Shown here piece by piece: positions 53,411 to 64,000 of a stretch of DNA of 64,000 bases. The DNA comes from Octopus sinensis (lineage: Eukaryota), in NCBI RefSeq assembly GCF_006345805.1, contig NC_043005.1, positions 86,304,001-86,368,000 on the forward strand, in the 5' to 3' direction. A program made the translations under genes and the position numbers. Under the pieces are notes generated by a model that made no database searches, was not told the origin of the DNA, and worked only from the letters and a program-made list of their open reading frames with translations. Numbering within the stretch: the stretch's first letter is position 1; every line of letters begins with the position of its first letter.

Positions 53411-53904
53411 GCAAGAAGGAGATTGATACGCACTAGATGAAAGCCATCCCTGAAATTCAAAACAGTATAATTTATGGCTGTTAAAATGTTGACTAAGTGT
53501 AGAATGGATATAATACGTTACTTTGATGAGAAACTATGAAAAAAATATTATTATTCATAACCTAAATTTTATTAGATTGCTCTTCGGATCGTTTATATTA
53601 AGTGGTGTATGATGAGGATATTTAATTCGAATTATACGTATAAGCCACTCAATGTATTTTCCATCTATTTTGGTTTTAATATTTGCGATTAAATTTAAGT
53701 GGACAAATTTGATTGAAATTGAAATTTTATTATAATCTTTTTAGAATATTACATAGTTTTGAGGTAATTTTATCAATTTGGTAAAATAATGTCAAAATGA
53801 ACGTGCATATGTATATGTGCGCGGCGCGTGTTTGCATATTTCTATACATAAATACATACATACATACATATATATCTATATGTATATATATATATGTATG
53901 TATA

Positions 53905-53975
<71 letters not shown>

Positions 53976-54714
53976 CAGACACGCACAAACGTATTGATAG
54001 AAAGACGTAGCAGGGAAGAGGACAAGGTATGTCCATACACGTGCTTTCTCCCTCCCACATACAAATACACATACACATATACACATGTATTCTGATATAT
54101 ATATATATACACACACATACATACATACGTTTGTGTCGCTTTGTAATGTTGCATAGGTATATCAAAAGCTTATAGAGGCTGACTAAGTTTCTACTTGAGT
54201 AAATGCGACATGCCGAGGATGATGTGTAGTAGTAAATTTTTAATGGTGATATTATAATGGGGGGGGGGGGCTGTACGTTGATGGGTATCGAGTTGCAGTT
54301 GACTATAGTTAACGGTTGATATTAATATTACTACACTCGTATCTCATAATTGCATGATATACTTCTTATACTGAAATATATCATTCCTTTATAGATCTAT
54401 AGATATTACCAGTAATGTATTTCGAATCGTATTTTTAAAGAAAATCTCTTATTTTCCTCAAAAGAATACACATAAATGTCTGTGTGGGTGTTTATGCGGG
54501 TCTCTTGCTTAGTCCACATACACACACACGCACAAACGACGACACAAACATACGCATACACACATATGCGCGCGCACACACACACGCAAATATGAGGCTG
54601 AGCAAACAGTAAACAACGTTATGAAACATGAAATATATTTCAACAATGCAGAATTTTTTTTTCATCAAATTAAGTACCATTGCAATCAACAGGTTTTTGC
54701 CAACGGGTTACAAG

Positions 54715-54945
54715 TCTCTTTTACTCCTTTACTCTTTTACTTGCTTCAGTCATTTGACTGCGGCCATGCTGGAGCACCACCTTTAGTCGAGCAAATCGAC
54801 CCCAGCACTTAATCTTTCGAAGCCTAGTACTTATTCTATCGGTCTCTTTTGTCGAACCGCTAAGTTACGAGAAAGTAAGCACACAAGCATCAGTTGTCAA
54901 GCAATGTTGGGGGAAAAACACAGACACACAAACACACACACACAC

Positions 54946-54996
<51 letters not shown>

Positions 54997-55000
54997 TATG

Positions 55001-55062
<62 letters not shown>

Positions 55063-55235
55063 TACATATATACGACGGGCTTCTTTCAGTTTCCGTCTAC
55101 CAAATCCACTCACAAGGCTTTGGTCGGCCCGAGGCTATAGAAGAAGACACTTGCCTAAGGTGCCACGCACTAGGAATGAACCTGGAACCATGTGGTTGAT
55201 AAGTAAGCTACTTACGACACACCCACTCCTGCGCC
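54715..55235 (-). mobile_element. SINE family B, full length
   Basis: Reverse complement of 48197-48618 with an expanded TA linker. Confidence 0.9.
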
Positions 55236-55554
55236 TATGTTTATTCCTGTAACATAAAAATATGGAGTTCTGGAGCTGATGAAATTTTTGAACGCCCTTC
55301 AAGCATTGGTTTAATTTTTGAACTTCTTCCCTCGCAGGAAACCATCAAGGTCTTTGAAAAGGTGGTTGTCAGAATCAGAAAGTTCTGGGGAATAAGCTGG
55401 ATGGGAAGAACTTCGTAGCCAGCTTCCCTAAAATTCTGCTTTAGGTATGATACACGGATTGTTCTATTTCTTAATATATTCAAATGAATCTGACGTGTTT
55501 GTTTGTTAAAAAAAATCTATTTTCCTTATTGTACAGATTTACCAATCTTTTATC

Positions 55555-56385
55555 TTCTTTTGCTTGTTACAGACATTTAACTGCGGCCATGCTGCAGCAC
55601 CGCCTTGAAGGGATTTAATCGAACAAATCGACTGCAGGAGTTATTTTTTTAAATACTTGTACTTATTCTTCTCGGTCTCATTTGCCGGACCATTAAATTA
55701 CGGGGACGTAAACTCATCAACACCGGTTGTCAAGCGGTGAAACAGGAACAAACACAAACGCAAAGACACATCGTCATCATCATTGTTCGACTGTGGTCGA
55801 GACAATGGAATTTACTATTTTACACCAAACTCCACGGTCCATCATGGCATTACGGAGGTCCTGTGGCTGGATGCCTGTATCCCTGGAGATTACATCAGGA
55901 TAGGAGAATGTGCGCCCACTGGCATCGCGAGTAAATGGCTTCCAGAGGAGAAGAGTAGATATTAACTCGTTTTCAGCTCTACAACGATGTCCAGCAAACT
56001 GGACTCTTCTACCTTTCACAAGAGATGATACAGGTGGTGGTTTCCCATATATTTGCATTTTGGTTGGATGACGCTTTCACGAGAGATTTTCAGCTCTCAT
56101 GAGGTGAGTGTAAGTTCCATCCAACTGCCTCTCGAGCTTCTTTGATAACGTCTAGGTCTCTGGACATACACACATACACACACACACTCACAAACACACG
56201 CATATGAATATACATGCAGGGCGGGCTTCTTTTCAGTTTCCGTCTACCAAATGCACACGCAGAAAGCTTTGATTGGCCCGATGGTATAGTTGTAGACCTT
56301 TGACCAAGGTGCCACGAGTGAGACTGAACTCCGAACTATGGGGCTGGAAAGCAAACGTCGTACCCCATAGCCACCCCTGTGCTTA
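55555..56385 (-). mobile_element. SINE family B split by an RTE insertion
   Basis: Tail at 55555-55755 and head at 56215-56385 flank the RTE fragment. Confidence 0.7.
55765..56165 (-). mobile_element. RTE-type LINE 3' end
   Basis: TLSKKLERQLDGTYT..QIYGKPPPVSSLVKGRRVQFAGHRCRAENELISTLLLW..YPDVISRDTG..LRNAMMDRGVW. Confidence 0.85.
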
Positions 56386-57102
56386 TGCTAGAATAAACCC
56401 GGGAAACATTTGTACATTCCAATATACTTATTAAATTGATTTTGATCTAACATGTCTTCCCTGAAAATTAGTGTTATGTTGAAGGTTTTGTTTACTTTTG
56501 TTAAAATTGTTATTGAACATTAGCTCCAAAACAGACCTGATCTAATGAGAAATATTATGAGAAGTATCTTAACCATGGCCGACCTACCCTTCTTCCCACG
56601 TAACATATCCAGGAAGAAACTACCTGCTGTTTTCCATTACTCTTTATAATGGTAGATTAGATTTTCAGTGTGGTTCGATGCTCTTTCCATTAAAATAAAA
56701 ACCGTTGATTCTCGTTAAGGTTGGGATAGAAGTATATAAACGATACAAGGGTATAGGTGCATAAGTAATAAGAAGGGAGCACAGTGTCGTACGGCACAGT
56801 TTGACGTCTGGTCGACTTTCATGATGAATCCATTCCTAACGGGAGCAATGGAGCGTTTTGTTTCCAAAATACGACGATACATCAGCGGCCATAAACTCAT
56901 GAAACACAGAGTGCTGTTTAATAATTAAATAGTTTATAAATTTACACACACATAAATACAGACTCATACACACAAATACACAAGCACCTTCATAATCCCG
57001 TAGATATATATGTATTGGAATATACATCTAAAAGGCTTCAATAAATATTATGCGGTAAAACTATATTTTGTATCAAACATTATTAGTGAAAATATACTAT
57101 AT

Positions 57103-57188
<86 letters not shown>

Positions 57189-57299
57189 TCGTTACAATAT
57201 CATAAATCAAGAGAATAGCATACACTATAAAATATAGAACAGTAATTTGTGTAAGTGTAACGTGATTTTAGAAAAATGCCATTGGTTTCATATCTTGCG

Positions 57300-58465
57300 T
57301 GAACTAGACAGCTCTTCAGTTTCTTTAAACAGTAACCGTTCTCTGCAAAGAATGTTTGTTTTAAAATACAAGAACGACGGTCATAGTTCAAGAAATAGTT
57401 CTCTTTAAAAATATAACAGGGCGAGTTGTCTTCCTTCGCGTGATAGCTAGGTTTTCCAATTTCGAAGTAAAAATTTTCGAAAATGTGAACAAATCCCCAC
57501 GGCTTCAGTTCTGGAGTTAAGGTAGCTCATTTACACAGTCTTGTTCCATTACGATGGGGTCCACAAGTTTCCAGTAATTTCCACCTGATATTAAAAGGCA
57601 TATGATCGACCTTTAGTCGCCATACATATGCCGTGAGTGTTCTGCTGCGTCTCTCCAGGACCCTGAAAAATCTGTGGTTGTTCAGGTGAATTTTAAATTG
57701 GAATTCACAAGATCCGACATAAACTTTAGTTCGTGTCCCTGTGATGGCATTGATGTTATTGATATTTGTGCTGCTTCCGTTTGAGGCTGCCTTTGTTTGG
57801 TACACTCTAGCCTCGGTGTTACATTGGCCGTCCACTGGGCATTCATTTCTAATCCTGCGTGGACAACCTACCTCTGTCCTTGCTTTAGGAGTGCCAAGTA
57901 ATTTTTCTTAACTTTGGGTGCAAATCTGAAAGAGATTCTTAAATTATGCCTGTTAAAGACCTTTCTATATTTGTGTGATTGCTTGAAATGCTTATCAACC
58001 ATCCTACGAAAAATATTGCCTATGCATGTCCGGACGTTTAGAGAGAAGAGGAAGCAAACCATAAATTCTTGCAGTGGCGTTTCCTTTTATAGTTACTCAA
58101 TCCATGTACACATACTATATTCTCTTTGAACCCGCTAGCCGCTAACGCCTCATTGTTAGCGGGAGCCGCTACATCGAAAATATCTTTTTTTGAAGATAAG
58201 ATCGAAATCCGTTTTCTGGTAAATTTTAATAGATTTTTGAACAGTATGGGTGGATGGCAGGCGACTGTATTAATGTACGATAGCCTATCATTCGGTTTAT
58301 AGTATGGTCTGTCGGTGCCACTATTTAGATCAAGAGTGACATCCAAGAAGTTCACCACGTTGAGGTTAGTTTCAATGGTGATTTTAAGACCGAGGTCGTT
58401 TAGGGTGTGTATGATGTTTTTTCTAAGCCTATCTAAAGAATGGCCGTTAGTGCCTCTGGAGATGG
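57300..58465 (-). mobile_element. Penelope-like element (Neptune-like), 5'-truncated: RT thumb + Cys linker + GIY-YIG
   Basis: LAISRG..LKITIETNLNVVNFLDVTLDL..YYKPND..YIN..HPP; CRIRNECPVDGQC..VY; YVGSCEFQFKIHLNNH..IRWKLL. Confidence 0.85.
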
Positions 58466-58992
58466 CAAGCAGAGGAAGATATTAGCATGCCGAACAAAAT
58501 GACTAACGGCATTTCATCACTCTTTACGTTCTGAGTTCAAATTCCACTGTAGTCAACTTTAACTTCAATCCTTTTGGGGTCGATAGAATAAGTACCATTT
58601 GAGTATTGGGGGTCGGTGTAATCGACTTACGTTCTAGAATTTGAAACCAATGTTTAGTGGTGATTCATCCTCAAGTAATACAGGAAATCTGTTATAAAAC
58701 TGGCAAGGGTTCCAGTTGATGTGATCAACGGAAAAGTTTGCTCGTGAAATAACATGCAAGTGGCTGAGTACTCCACAGACAAGTGTATTCTTAACGCAGT
58801 TTTCAGGAAGATTCAGCGTGACACAAAATGAGAAAAGGCTGGTTCTTCGAAAAACAGCTGCTACTCATTTTTGCCACAGGTGTAACGTAAAAATAAAGTG
58901 TCTTGTTCAAGGACACAACGCGTCGCTGGGAATTTAACTCGTGACCTTACAATCTTAAGCCGAATATTCTAACACTAAGCCACGCGCCTGCA
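58465..58992. mobile_element. SINE family A (+, 58465-58650) and family C-related copy (-, 58690-58992)
   Basis: TTTACGTTCTGAGTTCAAATTCC core; GGGTTCCAGTTGAT..CAAGGACACAACGCG. Confidence 0.75.
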
Positions 58993-59784
58993 CAAGGAAA
59001 TTTGCAATGACATGTCAATATTTACCCGTTAAAATGCTCTAGTTTTAAACAGAGCATACCGATTAATGGAAGGTTAATGTTTGTAGACCAATAATAGCCA
59101 TGCTCCCCATTTCACTTGGGTTGAACAATATCTGAAGCCAGAGAAAATACCCAGGATGCCACACAGCAGAATCAAATCGGAAACCTCGTTATTTCGAAAG
59201 ATATTCTTACCATTATTCGGCCATATTACTCATACTGTTTTTTTTTCTATTATTTTTTTCTTACACAAGGCGAGTAATATTGAGGTGTGGAGTCAACTAA
59301 ACCGACCGCAGTGCTCACCTGGTGTTCAATTGATCCGTCTCCGTAATAATTCGGTCAACTCATCGTCTTAGTTCGTATTGTTAGTAAATCAGATCGTTCG
59401 AGAAACTATTCCAAAATATTGATTCTTATTCTTCTGTTTTGTAGATTCAAATGCCCCTGCGGCCGACGTTACATTCCATCTCTACACTACAGAGAAAATA
59501 AAACCGAAGAGCTAGCTTCCTATATTCAAATGCAGTAAAAACCTATTACTTGAGGCTTCTTGTTTATCATACAATTTTCTCAGATTCAAAGAGAATTATT
59601 TTAGATGAATTGTTGATTCAGACATATATGTATATATGCGTGTGTGAGGCTGTGTATGTGTGTGCGTTTGTGTGTATCCTCTGTGTGAATTTGTTTGCCG
59701 GTGACTGTGGAAATCCGTCATAGGCGCAGGCACAGCTGAGCGGTGAGAAATTAGCGGCCCAACCGCATGGCTCTGGACTCAGTC

Positions 59785-60450
59785 CTAGTGCTTCGTGTCC
59801 AAGATACCAATATGGATGTAGATATTGGAGTAGAGGAATAACTATGACAGGGTTACTTTGTAGAAAACATTTTTGGGTTGCCCTGCAGGAACATGGATGA
59901 ATAAGTTTTCTGGTTGGCTAAATGTGGATCAAACGATTTAGAACTGACCATGTGAAAAGCATGGCGTTCGAAGGTCTAATCCAACAACTTTCAACGGTTG
60001 GCCTTCTGCTTTGTTAATTGTCATGGCAAAGCGGATTTTGACAGGGAACTGTAGTCTCCGCATACGATAGGAGCAGTCTTTTGGGGTTAGCGGAATTTGC
60101 AGAATATAAACGATATCTATTTGTATTGTGTCCCGTTATAATTTGGGCTTCAATGACATGGTCCATCATTTGCTTAACCACTAGGCATGTCCATTGCATA
60201 GTGTGGGTGCATTCACATACCGTTGGAAAATGACAGTGCAACCGAATTTAAGTGTAGTTCATGGGGGGAGCTGAGATATTCTGATCGTGGTCGGTAACGG
60301 TGTCAACTGATCTGTAACAACGTTCTTGAGAAGGTAGCTTAATGCGTAAGTCGTAGATAAGAGTGGTGACAGTTGCAGATGTAGGTGCAGCAACAGCTTT
60401 GTACTAACGTGCAAACATCGGCGGTTTGCAGTGAATGGGCATTGTAAAAA
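59785..60450 (-). mobile_element. Helitron 3' fragment (PIF1-type helicase C-terminus)
   Basis: LPSQERCYRSVDTV, PPHELHLKFG, LCNG..VIEAQIITG, RLQFPVKIRFAMTINKAEGQPLKVVGLDLRTPCFSHGQ; CTAG at 59785-59788 shortly after the stop. Confidence 0.88.
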
Positions 60451-61699
60451 ACTGTATAACTGTCAGAACTTTGTATGATTGAAAGCAGAGAAAATATATA
60501 ATATGGATTGATTTCTGAATGCATTTAAAAAATAACTAAAAGTTGATTTAAATTGCATAGCTAACTCGAGGAAGTGCTAATGTGCAAATATCAGCTGTAG
60601 TAGAAGACGAAGTGAAAGTAGCGTCACCAAGAGTAACATCCCTTGAAACAACGATCGTTGGTATATATTATTTACCTATGAGAAGCTGTTTTAGTCCTTT
60701 GGGACAGCATTAATCATTATGTAGAAGCTTTGACGAGTCTATGACCATCTATGGAACATGTGTGATGTATTTCCCCAACGTGAATAAAAGCGATTGAAAA
60801 ATATTGATTTTAAGGAGGATCAAGTGAAAGGACTGTACACACACGTCTTCCGTTTTATTATATCCATATACGTGTATGTGTGTGTGTGTGAGTGTGTGTG
60901 TGTGCATGATAGTGTTTTTCTCACTGCCTCTTGAAATCAGCTGTCAGTTTCTTTAAAATATATCAGTTGTTCTTTCCAAGCCAACAGCTTATAAGGTCGG
61001 TTTCTTTTAGGATTCGGTCCCTTGCATGGTTATTCATTTAAAAAATGTTTATAGCTGAATGGGATGCGGCAACCTGAAAGGAAGTGCTTAATTCACAAGG
61101 CATTATACACGAGTATAATACCCTCCTCACTAATCCATGCACCTCGCAACTAACATTTCGACAAAAGAAACCGACAGAATAAGTACCAAACATTGACAAT
61201 ACAATATGTACAGGGATCCGGGTCGATATATTCGCCCAAATCATTTCATGGCAGTGCTGTAGCAGTCTTACTATTGACACAAATAAAACAATAAAAGTGC
61301 ATATTATACATTGAAAAATAAAAAAAACAATCGCTTTTATTCACAACTTAGCATTTATAATTGAATAAACTCTGTTTTTATCTCCAGTGTAAGTGAAAAA
61401 TAGTGTACAATGAGTGTGTTTAACGTGAACAATCTGTTTCAACTGTCACCATTTTTGCATTAGTTTTTCTTGACAGCTTTGTACATTTTTTGAAAATAAT
61501 ATTCTAAGATACTATTTCACGTCCGAATGATACACTGTTGGTACATGTGAAAGTATTTCAGATAAGAGACTGATAAAGTGTTTGTTTTTGTTGGTAGCAT
61601 TTCATTACATTTCAAGTTAAATTCATTCAGGGAGAATTTTTGTTTTGTTTAAAGAATACAAAAAACGTGCAAGCAATACCTACATTTTATTTGTTTCAC

Positions 61700-62130
61700 A
61701 CTGCGACCATGCTGGAGCACGCCTTGAAGAGGTACAGTTGAATCAGACGACCCACGAATTATTATATTTTTATAAAGCCTGCTACATATTATAGCGGTGT
61801 CGTTTGCCGAGCAGTTAAGTTACGTGGACGTAACTGCACCAACACCGGTAGTTAAGCGTAGGTGGGGACATATACAAGCACACAGAAACGCACACAAACA
61901 CTCACTCACTCACAAACACACACACACACACACTCACACACACACACATATATACAGACACACGACGGGTTCTCTTAGTTTCAGTTACCCAAATCCACTC
62001 ACAAATACTTTGTCACCCCGAAGATATAATAAAAGACATCTGCCCATAGTTCCATGCAGTGGAAATGAACTCGGGATTATGTGGTTTGGAAGTAAACTTC
62101 TCGCCACACAGCCATGCCTGTGCCAATGAA
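61700..62130 (-). mobile_element. SINE family B, near full length
   Basis: GACCATGCTGGAGCAC..CCAAATCCACTCACAA..CCACACAGCCATGCCTGTGCC. Confidence 0.8.
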
Positions 62131-63370
62131 TACGAAACAAAAAGAGCAACGAACACAATTGCCTAAACAAGCAGAAATAAAATAATATCGATAAAACAAA
62201 ATTGTATTGAAAAGAAAAAGAAAACAGCGTGAGAATTGTTTCAAAAATAAACGAAATATATTGATTTTTATCATAAAGAGAATGTCTCAATTTTGGGTGG
62301 TGAAACCAGCAAATTACTTCCAGCCCGATACCTTCTTTTATCGACCCCTGCAATCTAAAACTTACCTCAGTAGAATATGATCTCAATGAGGAGCCGTGAG
62401 TACCTAATGAATAGTAGTTACTGCGCTGTATTGTAATACTGTCAATCAACTTCTCGTAAAACAAGTACATTAATATAATAAAAGAATTGTTAACTGATTA
62501 AAATAGTAAAGAAAACAAGTAATGATGAGATATTTTGTAAGCATGAAAAGACGTAAGAAGTATTATAGGATTCGAGAAAATTATTTATATTACGCCAAAT
62601 TAGACGCGTTCGCAAGAAAAATTTTGACATATTTTTTACGCAACAACGACTTACAAACTGAAGCAGAATATTTACAATACATTAAACACAATGAGATAGC
62701 TGTATGTTACGTATAGGAACAATAATATTGGCTGATACGAACGCAGAGAACAACTTGGAAAAGAGGAAGTCAGAAAAGAAATATAAATATGAAATGGAGA
62801 CTTTTAGTAATACAAAAGAAGGCGCGGAACAATCATAGGTGATAAGACAGTTCAAATACGATCTCTAATTTTACACGTATTTCTCTATCTGTCTCTTAAT
62901 ATACACATACGTTATTAGCCACGGCGGCAGTATTAGGTCCTACACGCAGTCTACATACTTTACTTGACGTGAATATTTTGCAAGAAAGCCACGATATCGT
63001 GTATAGACGTACAGTGCTAAAAAGGACAGGCGTATTAGAAGCGTCGTTGTGAGGGTTAGTTCCCGGTATATCTAAGTATAGGCGCGTCATCGTGTCCGTT
63101 GGTATAGGATCAGTGGTGTCGCAGATACATATGAACACACCCCACCACACACACACGAAAATATACTTAATATACATATATATATATATATATAATATAT
63201 ATATTATATGTAATATATATGTGTGTGTGTGTGTGTGCGTGTGTGTGTGTGTATGTGTGTGTGTGATAATTATTTGGTTGTCGTAATGAAACTCAGAGTT
63301 TCGGAAGTCGGTGCTGAAGTCTCCTCTGGCATCTCATCAGTTATTAAGACAAACGCTATAGAAAAGAAAA

Positions 63371-63549
63371 ACCTTGAATAAAGGGAAATTACTCCAATAG
63401 GCATAGGGAAAGTAATACTTCATTCATATAATCGGCGTGTGTATATGTACGCATGGGTGTGTATGTAAATATGTGTGCATATGCGGATTCTATGAATAAA
63501 GTATTACTTTCCCCATGCCTATTAGAGTAATTTCCCTGTATTCAAAGGT
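63371..63549. repeat. Long inverted repeat (~63-bp arms)
   Basis: 63371-63433 vs 63486-63549: five substitutions and one indel; ~52-bp spacer. Confidence 0.85.
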
Positions 63550-63793
63550 AGTTAAATATCGAGGTTGTTACGTTCCAGACCACCACCACCACCACACCGC
63601 GATAGGGGAAAATCCGCGAAGTAGAAACAGTGTCGTGCTGTATATTTTAAAAATCATTTTCATAATATGCATATATTCATTTTGTTATAAATGCAAACAA
63701 CACCACAGAGGAATCTACGTAAGCTTAAATAATAAACCGCGATATATGAAGGATTATTGTATACCCGTTCTCACTCTCTATTTCTCTCTTGTT

Positions 63794-63838
<45 letters not shown>

Positions 63839-63852
63839 ACACACACACACAC

Positions 63853-63916
<64 letters not shown>

Positions 63917-64000
63917 ATGATGGCTGCAAACCTGAGTTCGTGTATTGCCATCGCCTCATCGAAAGTTCCACACATGCGAAGGTTATGACTAGCCATTTTT

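Noticed and set aside
55270-55340. Two mariner-TIR-like words in tandem on the minus strand
   Set aside because: Short, same orientation, no partner TIR or transposase remnant identified.
60596-60661. Symmetric 66-nt exon candidate (VVEDEVKVASPRVTSLETTIV)
   Set aside because: No polypyrimidine tract, weak GTATAT donor, no recognisable homology.

Overview
AT-rich, microsatellite-dense eukaryotic DNA with no confidently identifiable host protein-coding exon, rRNA, intact tRNA or CRISPR array. The repeat content (three tRNA-headed SINE families, TA/CA/GATA/TAA tracts) looks like an octopus genome, but that is my recognition, not a database result. Almost every long ORF in the track is a microsatellite translation, the antisense of a repeat, or a decayed transposon. 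Supported elements: two broken mariner transposases (8345-9354, 45581-46533), a 2.7-kb 5'-truncated R4/Dong-type LINE between TAA tracts plus four shorter Dong fragments, RTE and CR1-like LINE fragments, two Penelope-like element (PLE) fragments, a Helitron helicase tail, a mariner-type MITE and dozens of SINE copies. The most interesting signal is RNA-level: about eight hammerhead ribozyme (HHR)-like motifs. Two sit inside homologous but divergent ~351-bp and ~357-bp tandem monomers (5269-5895, 9355-9890) that share hairpins and end in (TA)n, the architecture of non-LTR retrozymes or non-autonomous PLE derivatives. Others occur in a tRNA-head + HHR composite, in a family with a non-canonical CUGUAGA core, and as a near-canonical motif at 41780-41851. 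All folds were done by eye and repeat boundaries are approximate.
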